Counted from the stretch's first letter, positions 48,490 through 60,539 are shown. The stretch: DNA of 64,000 bases from Mobula hypostoma (GCF_963921235.1 NC_086108.1:90026001-90090000); one strand, 5' to 3'. The notes: generated from the sequence alone by a model not told the origin. Numbers and translations are program-made.

Positions 48490-51353
48490 AGTTATGTTTC
48501 ATAACTTCAAAACATTAAACTAATTCAAAGAAGTAATAGGAGTCTGAAATGTGGGTCTAACTCTGAGATTACTTTAAGGTAGGCACTCACCTATCACATG
48601 GTAGCGTGATGCCATCTGTAATTCAAGTATTTATAAATACAGCATAACCCCTAATGCATTATTAAAAAAACAAGAATGCTTAATCAAACAATATACATAT
48701 ATGCACAAGATTACTCAAATATTACTGAAATATCAAATGCACAACACTCCTTCCTGCTTAGCTATAAACTCCAACTCAACACAGAATTCATCTCAGCTAT
48801 ACACACAGTATATTATATCATACATCTACTATATACTGACATCTACAGCATAACAAATTTTCAATGGTCCCATTCATGCCTAAAGATTTAATCGCTGTGG
48901 AGTATTTCTTATTCTTGTGGGATGACTAGGGAAGTCATTCCACTTGGCAGGTGAGACTTGTGGCTGTAAAAACAATTGTAGGCTCTGGGGCCTCCTCCGT
49001 GATGGTTGAGGAGATCATTCTGAGACTGCAGAATGTGGTTCTAATGCAGGTAGTCACCTTTCTTCTTCTTCACTTCTCTGTTTCTGGTTTGTGCATCTTG
49101 ATCTTGGGAAGCTGTATTTAATTCACTGACGTATTCTCTTATTAATCGTTCTATTGCCTCCTTTGCGATCTGATCTCTCCTCTTAGTTTCTGCATCCACA
49201 ACATCAACTGACGAATCCTCTATTTTTGTATCTCCATTGACTCCAGTCTTTTTCACCTTCCATTCACCCAACCGGGCTTTGGTCTTTCCATCTACTTTTA
49301 CAAGCAGCTTTTTGTCTCCCACTTGAAGTTCGTGTAATAAATTTAATGCATGCAGATTAGATTCTTGTTCTTTATATTCACAAAAGCCAAATGTTTACAA
49401 CTTTCCTGAAGCTCCTTGATCTCCCTTTGAGCTTAAAACCACACCACATTTCACAAGTAACTGCCTGATTAACATATTAGAAGCTTTCTCAGATATGTTG
49501 CCTACAAAAACTGGTGTGGTCGAACCCCCAATTTCATCACTTTCATAATTCTTCTTAGTAGTGTTCTTCTTCCTTGATTCAATATGCTTTCCAACCAGAG
49601 GAAAACCTGTTTGTCCTCTGTTGGGCAACTGTTCATGGTGTACAGCATTGAGACAGTTTTGGGATCATCCAATACCTTTCTTAATTCACTTTCAATTGGC
49701 TGTAGTACAGAGGATGAGGCATGTAAATGGTGAATGGATCTCAAATCAAGTTATAGTTGTTTCAGCCAATCATGGCCTCAGAATGCTAGTCCTTCTGCTT
49801 TAACCACATACAAGCTCAATGTGGTTTGCTGGTTGTTGTATTTCACAGTACGAATGTCATTCCCACAGGAGTAACCTTTTCTCCAGTATAAATTCTGAGT
49901 TGGATATCTTCAGTTTGGTACCTTTGATATGCCATTCATGCCAATTTTATGGAATGACTAACAGCTGAACCATGTCCAAAGCCATTTTAATTAATTTGCC
50001 ATTCACTTTTGGCAAGAGTCATACTGCTTGTCTATTGCTGATTTTCACACTGTAAATCATAAGGCTACACAGTCCTGTGTCTCTCACCATTATCAGATTT
50101 TTCATCAACAGCATGCAGCTTAGTGTTATTTTTGAAACTGCAACTTGACTTTTTAGCATTTACTCTTTTCTGTGCTGTCCATTTATTTTTGTCTGCCCGA
50201 GATGTTCTTTGTAAGTGTCATATTTAGTTACATTTTCTGAAAGTTTTGTCTTTAAATGTACATTTGTTTAGTGAACGTGAGTGCTTGCCACAATGGTAAC
50301 ACAATTTTTTCAGCCAGGATGGTTTCTGTTTTATATGTTGCAATTTTGTCATGATCTCTTTCATTGCTGACTGAAACAGCAATTTCAACTGCTCTTTTAA
50401 ATGTAAGTTGTACTTCAGTTTGCAGCCATTTCTGAATGCTTTCTTTAAAGATTCCACAAATTAAATAATCGCTTAGTGCATCATTAAGCCTATTACCAAA
50501 CTAGCAATGCTCAGATAATCTCTTCAATTTAGTCACACATATTGAAATAGACTCCTCTTCTTTTTGATTCCACCTCTGAAACCGAAAGTGTTCTGCAATC
50601 AAATTGCCGTTGGTTCTAAGCGTTTCTGCATCACATTTCTGCTGGTTTAGTTGAAGCAATTAAACTACAAAGCAAACAGTACACCTTTAAACTCAATGCA
50701 CTCAGAAAAATTTGGTACTTATTTCTCATTGGCTATTGTATTTGCTACAAAATATTGCTGAATTAGCTCAGTATACATATTCCAGTTATCTTCTGTGTGA
50801 TCAAATGTTTTAATTTTCCTGACCAGCCAGCTATTTCTGCTTTGTTTTTTAAAATCATTATTATCAACCGGTACTCAGTCTCTATGAATGCATGAATTCT
50901 TCTGTATTCTGACTTATTTTAAAAACTCAGTTGTGTCTTCCCTTCCAAAGAACATGCGTGGTGCTGCATTTCTTTAAACTCGACTGTCTCTGCACGTGCT
51001 AGGCTGTGTCTTCTTTCTCGCCGTGTTTTTTTTTTAAAGTTTGAAATGTCTTGCTGCGTTTCAACAGGTCGACAGCCATCTCAGGTCTGGTTTAAAAACA
51101 CACCGTGGCCAATGTTATGTTTTGTCACTTCAAAACATTAACCTAATTCAAAGGAATACATAAGAGTCCAAAATGCGGATCTAACTTTGAGTTTACTTTA
51201 AGCCAGGTGTGAACATATCAGGTGGTAACGTAATGTCCTGTGCAATTCAGGTATTTATACATGATGCATTCCTTAAGTGAACAAAAATGCTTAATCATAC
51301 AATATATATAAACAAGATTACTCAAATATGACTGAAATCTTAAATACACAGCA
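48490..51353 (-). mobile_element. Two-LTR Gypsy element: gag and protease retained, RT/RNaseH/integrase core replaced by an RBM25 fragment
   Basis: Direct-repeat LTRs 48490-48746 and 51113-51353. PBS-like TTGGCCACGG next to the 5' LTR and PPT AAGCAGGAAGGAG next to the 3' LTR. 5-bp TSD gacac/gacat. Gag knuckle CYHCGKH..NKC (ORF 50224-50457). Frameshifted protease (VNGKLIKMALD..GSAV) at about 49960-50010. Integrase-type tail (HPTRIRNTPQRLNL*) at about 48880-48925. Confidence 0.9.
49053..49660 (-). pseudogene. RBM25: Intronless fragment of RNA-binding motif protein 25 (RRM and following helix) inside the Gypsy element
   Basis: One continuous frame: LVGKH...GGSTTPVFVGNISEKASNMLIRQLLVKCGVVLSSKGDQGASGKL*TFGFCEYKEQESNLHALNLLHELQVGDKKLLVKVDGKTKARLGEWK...ETKRRDQIAKEAIERLIREYVSELN. 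This matches vertebrate RBM25 as I recall it (VFVGNISEKASDMLIRQLLAKCG...GASGKLQAFGFCEYKEPESTLRALRLLHDLQIGEKKLLVKVD). One CAA>TAA stop at 49395-49397. Confidence 0.93.
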
Positions 51354-51379
51354 GACATTGCACAAAATAGATACACCTG

Positions 51380-51650
51380 AAGGAAATCTGTTCAAGAGGG
51401 AACCATGATTTATGAAGGCAACCCTCTGTTGCAGAGAACAAGCGCAACTGCAAAAAGAGAGACTGATCAACCAAAAGAGGCAACTACGAACCAGAGGTAC
51501 CACTTCCGCTTGCACACACTGAAACAGAATATGTAGATGCTGGACTGGGTCCATAGGCACCTGAGGACCCATCAGTAGACAACTCCTTAGAACATCATAC
51601 TCAACTCGAGTGATTGCACTACCACTGCTACAACTATGGAGCTGCTGAGG
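51380..51650 (+). mobile_element. Old RTE-type LINE 3' remnant
   Basis: Decayed ...aaaagaggcaactacgaacc...tgcacacactgaaacagaatatgtagatgctggactggg resembles an RTE C-terminal Cys/His region. Confidence 0.45.
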
Positions 51651-51902
51651 TCAACAACATCTTACTGAGACTAAAACTGGAAGCACTCAGGGAGAAGAGG
51701 AAGAGGATCAACATTTTGGGTCGAGGACCTTTTATTAGAACTGGAGTAAATGAGTGTGTAAATTGTGGGGGGCGGGAGTGGATCAGGAGGAAGAAATATC
51801 AGCGTTCGGGTGTAGTTTAAAGTTCTGAAGGGAACAATGAGTTTAAAAACCAGCAGTTGGAGGAGATGGAAGGAAAAGGCATGCGGGGTGTGAGAAAGAG
51901 AA

Positions 51903-53413
51903 ATGAAAATTGCTGAGCCTCTGGCTAGGATCTTCATGTCCTTGTTGTCTACGGGAATGGTACCGGAGGATTGGAGGGAGGCGAATGTTGTCGCCTTGTT
52001 CAAAAAAGGTAGTAGGGATAGTCCGGGTAATTATAGACCAGTGAGCCTTACACCTGTGGTGGGAAAGCTCTTGGAAAAGATTGTTAGAGATAAGATCTCT
52101 GGGCATTTAGAGAATCATGGTCTGATCGGGGACAGTCAGCATGGCTTTTTGAAGGGCAGATCGTGTCTAACAAGCCTGATAGAGTTCTTTGAGGAGGTGA
52201 CCAGGCATATAGATGAAGGTAGTGCAGTGGATGTGATCTATACGGATTTTAGTAAGGCATTTGACAAGGTTCCACACGGTAGGCTTATTATTCAGAAAGT
52301 CAGAAGGCATGGGATCCAGGGAAGTTTGGCCAGGTGGATTCAGAATTGGCTTGCCTGCAGAAGGCAAAGGGTCGTGGTGGAGGGAGTATGTTCAGATTGG
52401 AGGATTGTGACTAGTCGTGTCCCACAAGGATCTGTTCTGGGACCTCTACTTTTTGTGATTTTTATTAACGACCTGGATGTGGGGGTAGAAGGGTGGGTTG
52501 GCAAGTTTGCAGATGACACAAAGGTTGGTGGTGTTGTACATAGTGTAGAGGATTGTCCAAAGATTGCAGAGAGACATTGATAGGATGCTGAAGTGGGCTG
52601 AGAAGTGGCAGATGGAGTTCAACCCGGAGAAGTGTGAGGTGGTACACTTTGGAAGGACTAACTCCAAGGCAGAGTACAAAGTAAATGGCAGGATACTTGG
52701 TAGTGTGGAGGAGCAGAGGGATCTGGGGGTACATGTCCACAGATCCCTGAAAGTTGCCTCCCAGGTGGATAGGGTTGTTAAGAAAGCTTATGGGGTGTTA
52801 GCCTTCACAAGTCGAGGGATAGAGTTTAAGAGTCGCGATGTAATGATGCAGCTCTATAAAACTCTGGTTAGGCCACACTTGGAATACTGTGTCCAGTTCT
52901 GGTCGGCTCACTATAGGAAGGATGTGGAAGGATGTGGAAGCATTAGAAAGGGTACAGAGGAGATTTACCAGGATGCTGCCTGATTTAGAGAGTATGCATT
53001 ATGATCAGAGATTAAGGGAGCTAGGGCTTTACTCTTTGGAGAGAAGGAGGATGAGGGGAGACATGATAGAGGTGTACAAGATAATAAGAGGAATAGATAG
53101 AGTGGATAGCCAGAGCCTCTTCCCCAGGGTACCACTGCTCAATACAAGGAATGGCTTTAAGGTAAGGGGTGGGAAGTTCAAGGGGGATATTAGAGGAAGG
53201 TTTTTTACTCAGAGAGTGGTTGGTGTGTGGAATGCACTGCCTGAGTCAATGGTGGAGGCAGATACACTAGTGAAGTTTAAGAGACTACTAGACAGGTATA
53301 TGGAGGAATTTAAGATGGGGTCTTATATGGGAGGCAGGGTTTGAGAGTCGGCACAACATTGTGGGCCGAAGGGCCTGTACTGTGCTGTACTATTCTATGT
53401 TCTATGTTCTATG
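51903..53413 (+). mobile_element. CR1 LINE, 5'-truncated, relatively well preserved RT
   Basis: ORFs 51903-52580 ([14 protein letters not shown]...[11 protein letters not shown]...[12 protein letters not shown]...KFADDTK), 52564-52983 and 52889-53344. Tail (ttctatg)n. Confidence 0.95.
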
Positions 53414-53424
53414 TAAAATGATCC

Positions 53425-53637
53425 ATAAACACAAGAGTTTCTGCAGATGCTGGAAGTCCAGAGTAACACACACAAAATGCTGGAATGCTCAGCAAGCCAG
53501 GCAGCATCTATGGGAGAGGAATATGCACTCAACATTTTAGGCATGGTGAAAGGTCGGGCTCAAAACAAGTGCCCTTTATTCCTCTCCACAGATGCTGCAT
53601 GACCTGTTGATTTCCTCCAGCATTTTGTGTGTGTCAC
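53425..53637. mobile_element. Head-to-head inverted pair of Penelope terminal-repeat fragments
   Basis: acacacacaaaatgctggaa...ggcagcatctatgggagagg followed by cctctccacagatgctgc...tccagcattttgtgtgtgt. Confidence 0.72.
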
Positions 53638-53699
53638 AAAAACAACCCAACTGCTTAACTGAAATATTTAAATTCAATCTTAAATCCCAACATTTTCAA

Positions 53700-55250
53700 A
53701 TAAGCTGCGGCTCCTTAGCTTCTCTTTTTCAAACTGCAGTGTGAATTCTATCATGTTATGTTCACTTTCCCCTAAGGGTTCCTTTACTTTAAGCTCCCTA
53801 ATTAAATCTGGGTAATTCATAACATCCAACTCAGAATTGCCTTTCCTCTAGTCAGCACAACCACAAGCTGCTCCAAAAAGCCTTCTGGTAGGCATTCTAC
53901 AATTCCATTTCCTGGGATCCGGCACCTTGTTCTGTATACTGTGTGCATTCAAATATAAAACCATCAGTCCTGTATTCAGCAACATTTTTGATTTTGGACC
54001 CCTGTTATACTTTAACTCATCCCACTCACTGCAATTTTGCGCTATCATCTGCCTGTCCTTCCTCAGTCTCACTACATGCTGCATCTAATTGTATACCAAA
54101 TGCCCCATCCTCAGCCTTATCACTCCGGTTCCTTTCCTACTGCCTAATTAGTTTAAATGTTCCCCGATAGCTCCAGCAAACCTGCCCATAAGTATATTGA
54201 CTCCCCCTCAGGTTCAGGTGTAACCCGTCCTTTTTGTACAGATCATACTTCACCTTCCCCAGAAGAAATCCCAATGATCCAGATATCTGAGACCCTGCAC
54301 CCTGCACTAATTCCTCAACCACACAGTTATCTGCCAAATCATCTCAATTCTTACCCCTACTGGCATGTTGCATTGGCAGCAATCCAGAGATTACTTCCCC
54401 AGGAGATCCTGCTTTTCAGCCTTCTGCCTAACTCCCTATATTCTCTCCATAAAACCCCTCCCTTTTTCTGTCTATGTCGACGGTACCACTATGTACCACA
54501 ACCTTCTGCTGTTCACCCTTCCCCTTTAGTATGCTCTGGAACCGATCTGAGACATCCCTGACCCTGGCACCTTGGGAGGAGAGAGACCATATGAGTTTCT
54601 CCTTCACAGCTGCAGAATCTGCTCTCTGCTCCTCTAGGTATGGAATCCCCCATCACTACTGAACTGCTCTCCTCCCCCTTTCCCTTCTGAGCCACAGAGC
54701 TAGACTTGGTGCCAGAGACTTGGTCGCTGCTACTTTCCCTGGTAGGTCATTCCTCCCCAATAGTATCCAAAGCAATATACTTATTATTGAGTGGAATGGT
54801 CACAGAGGCACTCTGCACTAACTGCATATTAACCCTCCCCTCCTGACAGTCAGCCCAAGTACCTACCCCTGCATCTTAGGGGTGACTATATCCCTGTAGC
54901 TCCAATCTATCACCTCTTTTTCCTGTATGAGCCAAAGCTGATCGAGCTGCATCTCCAGTTCCTTAGCACAGTCTCTAAGGAGCTGCAGCTCAGTGCACTT
55001 CATGCAGATACAGTTACCAGTGAGACTGGAGGTCTCCAGCAGTTCCTACATCTCACACAAAGAACATACCACTACCTCCAAACCCATTCTCAGTGTACTG
55101 TCTAAGCATGAACAGAATAAACAACTTACTACAAACTTACCTACTTAATTAGAACCTCCTGCCTGTGCTTGCTGAAACCAGTTCTCACCCAAGCCCGTTG
55201 AGCTAAAGTCTCACCAGTCTAACAGTGGCCTACTCCAACAATGGCCATTC
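53700..55250 (-). mobile_element. CR1 LINE 5' portion (ORF1 SGNH/GDSL esterase and start of ORF2)
   Basis: ORFs 54513-54695 (VVMGDSIPRGAESRFC), 54137-54337 (YDLYKKDGLHLN) and 53848-54084 (LMVLYLNAHSIQNKV). Confidence 0.83.
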
Positions 55251-55960
55251 CCACACCTCCCTTCTTTTAATTAGCCTCATATTGATTGTAACCCGCCGAA
55301 AAAGCCAAAAGCAACGGAACTCTTTTTAAACCTCATGCCGTGTCACTAATGATCGACCTCTATGTTCCATCTTAAATCACATTCATAGATTTATGAAGTC
55401 AAGAAATACCTATAAAGGCATCAAATTTCTGCTGTTCATCTTTGGTTGCCCAGAATTTTGTTGCAGAGCCAAGACAAATGGTTCAACAGTTAATCATTCA
55501 TTTCTATTGGTGGTTAACAAATAACTTCTCAGGTTACTAATTCATACACAAATAAAATCATTAAGTATGAATAAGATTATTAAATCATTCAACAACATAT
55601 GGGCTGGCTAGTAGAGAAATGATAGGGAAGTAGGTCAGAGTGCAGGATAGGATATGTTACAGAGCTGTAGATGTATAGAAATATATGGTAATACAGGATG
55701 AGGCATAGGCTGAGTGAAAACAGGACAGTAAGTTTGAAGGCAACAGCCACATGAAGGTTTCAAGTGTAGATTGGTTAGCAGATTTGGAGGTGGGAGTTTC
55801 AAGCAAATACTGTATTATAAAGGAAAAATTATGATTGGAAATTTGGCTTGGGGTCGAGCAGGAGGGTAAAGCTGTGCTTAGATGTTATACTACAAGCAGG
55901 GAAAGTTTCTGTCAAAGCGCTAACATAATTGTATACAACTGGGTCTACAAGGACCTAGAT

Positions 55961-56959
55961 TAGGGGTTCTCAACCGGGGTTCCGCAGAACCCTAGGATTT
56001 CTAGAGAGGTTGCCAGGAGTTCCGCAAAAGATCGTAATTTTAAAAAACATTATTTATTGAACTTAGTGCTAGAGTTCATAATAGTGGCAGTGACTGAGCA
56101 GCTCTGTTTGCAATGGTAAGCACTGTATTGCATGGAGGGGAGGGTGGGAGCCTGAAGTGCGCTTAACGAGCATTAGATGTACTCGCCCAGCTTGGCCTGT
56201 GACATCAGCCTCTTTCTCCCAAAGGAAAGCAATGAACATTTTGCTGCAGTTTTCAACTTCTTACATGTGTGAGCAAGCTTTTTCTTGCTTAACAAGCATC
56301 AAGAGCAAGAATAGAAATCGTATCATTTCACTTGAAGGTGAAATCCTTGTGTACTTATCGAGGTTTGACCCAGAATTGAGTATTTGAGCAACAAAAAGCA
56401 AGCACAGGTTTCACATGCTAGGCCTATATTTGAGCCTGATATCACTTTGTACAAAAAGTTTTTTCAAATTCTTGTATAAAATTGTGGCTTAGGCTATTTT
56501 TTTTTAATATTGCTTTGGTTTATTGTTTTTGGTAACTTTACTATTCAACATTGACAATAAACTTTCATGTTGTAAATAGCATTAGTTAAAATCAATTTAC
56601 AACCTTTATTTAAATTAAAATCTACCAAACCTACTATTAGAAAAATTAAATCCCATTTTGGCTTAAGCCAGTAATTTAACAGAAATCTATTATGTTTGCC
56701 TTTTGAATTTTTAAATTTTATGAAAGGGAAATTTCAAGAAAGGTACAGTAAGCTGAGCTGAACTGCCTAATATTTTTCAAGAAAGGTTGGCTAAAGAGTC
56801 ATTCTCTACTCAAAAGAGCATTGACGGTTATTTTTGGATCATTATGTTTACAACTTAATGAACCACGAGCTGCAGATATAATATTTTTACGCAGGGGTTC
56901 CCTAAGACCTGAAAATTGTTTCAAGGATCCCTCCAGGGTAAAAAGGTTGAGAAAGGCTG
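55961..56959 (+). mobile_element. hAT/Charlie-type internally deleted transposon with perfect 8-bp TSD
   Basis: TSD acctagat at 55953-55960 and 56960-56967. Ends taggggttctcaacc / ggttgagaaaggctg. ORF 56157-56387 (KAMNILLQFSTSYMCEQAFSCLTSIKSKNRNR) matches the hAT C-terminal dimerization domain. Confidence 0.9.
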
Positions 56960-56974
56960 ACCTAGATCATAGGC

Positions 56975-57400
56975 TAACACAGTAGCACAGCTTCTAGAGC
57001 TGTTCTGTCACAATTCCAGTGACCTGTTTATAACCATTACCTCCAATGTGATGCTGGCACTTTCTCCCTATGACCGCATGGGTGGTGATACACTCTGGGT
57101 GACTCTGGGTGCTTCAGTTTATCCCACATCTCATAGAGGTGTTGGGTGTCCAGTGAACTGGCTTCAAATATTGTCTCTTATCAAGATGGGATTGGGTGTG
57201 GGCTGAGGTGCTGCTGCGGGAGTTGGTGGATGGGGGATGGTGTTAATGGCATGTGTGAAGAGTAAGTCACAAAGAAATTGACCATATCGGTACCTCACTG
57301 TACTTGTGCATATGACAATAAACTTGACTTCATTGGGCATTACAGCAGAACTGGATTAATGAGATTGCTCCCAGAGCCAGCAGCAGATCGAAGGGTGAAA
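56975..57400 (+). mobile_element. Degraded V-SINE
   Basis: ttctccctatgaccgcatgggt...ctctgggtgcttcagtttatcccacatc resembles the V-domain. Confidence 0.55.
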
Positions 57401-57759
57401 GACAGTCCTTTTATGACAGAAAGAATTTCAAAGAGGTATGTTCTAGAACAGTTGCATTGAAAGGAGAGTATTGAGAAAGGGAAAGACAGAGGGAAAGTGA
57501 AAGAGAAAAAGAGAGAGAGAAGGTGAGAAAGAATGAAAGGTGGGGGGGATGAGGAAGAGAGTAGAAGGACACTCTATCTCTCAAATCTAAAAAAAAATGA
57601 TTTTGCCGACGTATTCTGCTGCCTACTTGTCTTGAAGGAAGGTGCGAGATCCATTCTCATTCACAGTTAAATAGTGCAACATAACAGAGAAATCTGCCAG
57701 AAGAAGGATAGAAAATATCAGACACGATTTAAGAATAAATATTAAATATCTTGATTATT

Positions 57760-58395
57760 AAATATTAGCTTTATTTGTCATGTGTACATCAAAACATTCA
57801 GTGACATGCATCATTTGCATCAAATTAAATTGAGCTAGGCCAACACTGCATGCCCACAACTTATTCCATATGTCTTTAAAATATGGGAGGAGACAAGCTG
57901 CATCTCCAGCTGGTATTGCAGCAGCAGAGCATTGTACCAGAAGTCCCCACAAAGGACAGTGAGAATGGCCAAGAAGATCATAGGGGTCTCCCTACCATCC
58001 ATCGGGGACATTTATCAGGAGTGTTATGTTAATCTGTTCAGTACCTCACAATATTTAATGTATTCACTTTTATTTATTTATTTATTCGTAATTTATTTGC
58101 AAATTTAATTCTTACTTTCCTAAGTTATTGTGTGTTAAGTGTGTGTTATATGTACTATTGTGCTTTACACCCAGTTCCGCAGAAACGTTGTCTCGTTTGA
58201 TGGTATACATGTATATACAGTAGTTAAATAACTATAAACTTGACATGACTTTACTTGACTTGACTTGGGTACCTGGAGGAAACCCGCACAATCACAGGGA
58301 GAATGTGCAGTCAGCTGCAGGAATTGAATTCGAAACTTACTGCTGGCTTCTGTAAGGCATTGCGTTAACCATTACAATACTATGCCATCTGATGC
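57760..58395. mobile_element. V-SINE (minus) interrupted by a Rex-type 3' fragment (about 57950-58265)
   Basis: V-domain halves at about 57870 (tctttaaaatatgggaggaga) and 58268 (gtacctggaggaaacccgcacaatcacagggagaatgtgc) flank a Rex-like segment ending (acttg)n. Confidence 0.6.
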
Positions 58396-58696
58396 AGAGG
58401 CTGGCCCTGCAACCCTGCTTGGAATATTTTCAAAAAACAATTGTGTCAAACATAAACTATGATAACAATTAAAGATGCTTGAAATAGTGCACGTTCTTGA
58501 TAATTGTCTGAGACAACCTGAACCTTCAGCCATTTGTTTATGTGATGAAGAATTACTGTCAAACACATGAAAATTGTTACACATTTCACTGCTTTTGTTA
58601 AATTGCATGATTCAGAAGGGGATGCTGTTGATTTGGCAGCTCTGTAGCATAGCTAATATTTACAAGACATGCAATAAAAATGCATAATAAAGATAA

Positions 58697-60535
58697 ATAG
58701 AACATAGAATAGTACAGCACAGTACAGGCCCTTCAACCCACAATATTGTGCCGACCCTTAAACCCTGCCTCCCATATAACCACCCCCCACCTTAAATTAC
58801 TTCATATACCTGTCTAACAGTCTCTTAAATTTCACTAGTGTTAACTGCCTCCACCACTGACTCAGGCAGAGCATTCCACACATCAACCACTCTCTGAGTA
58901 AAAAAACCTTCCTCTAATATCCCCCTTGAACTTCCCACCCTTTACCTTAAAGCCATTCCTTGTATTGAGCAGTGGTACCCTGGGGAAGAGGCACTGGCTG
59001 TCCACTCTATCTATTCCTCTTAATATCTTGTATACCTCTATCATGTCTCCTCTTATCCTCCTTCTCACCAAAGAGTAAAGCCCTAGCCCCCTTTATCTCT
59101 GATCATAATGCATACTCTCTAAACCAGGCAGCATCCTGGTAAATCTCCTCTGTACCCTTTCCAATGCTTCCACATCCTTCCTATAGTGAGGCGACCAGAA
59201 CTGAACACAGTACTCCAAGTGTGGCCTAACCAGAATTTTATAGAGCTGCACCATTATCTCGCAACTCTTAAACTCTATCCCTCGACTTATGAAAGCTAAC
59301 ACCCCATAAGCTTTCTTAACTACCCTATCTACCTGTGAGGCAACTTTCATGTACCCCAGATCCCTCTGCTCCTCCACACTACCAAGTATCCTGCTATTTA
59401 CTTTATACTCTGCCTTGGAGTTTGTCCTTCCAAAGTGTACCACCTCACAGTTCTCTGGGTTGAACTCCATCTGCCACTTCTCAGCCCACTTCTGCATCCT
59501 ATCAATGTCTCTTTGCAATCTTTGACAATCCTCTACACTATCCACAACACCACCAACCTTTGTGTCGTCTGCAAACTTGCCAACCCACCTTTCTACCCCC
59601 ACATCCAGGTCGTTAACAAAAATCACAAAAAGTAGAGGTCCCAGAACCAATCCTTGTGGGACACCACTAATTACAACCATCCAATCCGAATGTACTGCCT
59701 CCACCACGACCCGCTACTTCCTGCAGGCAAGCCAATTCTGAGTCCACCTGGCCAAACTTGCCTGGATCCCATGCCTTCTGACTTTCTGAATAAGTCTACC
59801 ATGTGGAACCTTGTCAAATGCCTTACTAAAATCTATGTAGATCACATCCACTGCACTACCCTCACCTATATGCCTGGTCACCTCCTCAAAGAACTCTATC
59901 AGGCTTGTTAGACATGATCTGCCCTTCATAAAGCCATGCTGACTGTCCTTGATTAGACCATGATTCTCTAAATGCCCATAGATCCTATCTCTAAGAATCT
60001 TTTCCAAGAGCTTTCCCACCACAGACAGACATAAGGCTCACTGGTCTATAATTACCCGGACTATCCCTACTACCTTTTTTGAACAAGGCAACAACATTTG
60101 CCTCCCTCCAATCCTCCAGTACCATTCCCATGGACAACGAGGACATAAAGATCCTAGCCAGAGGCTCAGCAATCTCTTCCCTCGCCTCATGGAGCAGCCT
60201 GGGGAATATTCCGTCAGGCCCTGGAGACATATCCATCCTAATGTATTTTAACAACTCCAACACCTCCTCTCCCTTAACATCAACATGCTCCAGAACATCA
60301 ACCTCACTCATATTGTCCTCACTGTCATCAAGTTCCCTCTCATTGGTCAATACTGAAGAGAAGTATTCATTGAGGACCTCGCTCACTTCCACAGCCTCCA
60401 GTCATATCTTCCCATCTTTATCTCTTCACTCCTGTCATCCTTTTGTTCTTCACATAATTGAAGAATGCCTTGGGGTTTTCCTTTACCCTACTCGCCAAGG
60501 CCTTCTCATGCCCCCTTCATGCTCTCCTCAGCCCC
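58697..60535 (-). mobile_element. CR1 LINE, same subfamily as 51903-53413, opposite orientation
   Basis: ORFs 59991-60392, 59714-60022, 59093-59707 (GVPQG.VLGPLLF...KFADDTK) and 58883-59071. Tail atagaacatagaatag. Confidence 0.94.
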
Positions 60536-60539
60536 TTTC

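Noticed and set aside
49041..49628. RBM25 as a functional gene or true exon
   Set aside because: In-frame stop, no splice sites at the borders, N- and C-terminal parts (including the PWI domain) absent, and embedded between LTRs.
52916..52940. ggaaggatgt tandem duplication as a programmed frameshift
   Set aside because: Simple 10-bp slippage duplication that breaks CR1 ORF2. It is absent from the sister copy at about 59165-59185.
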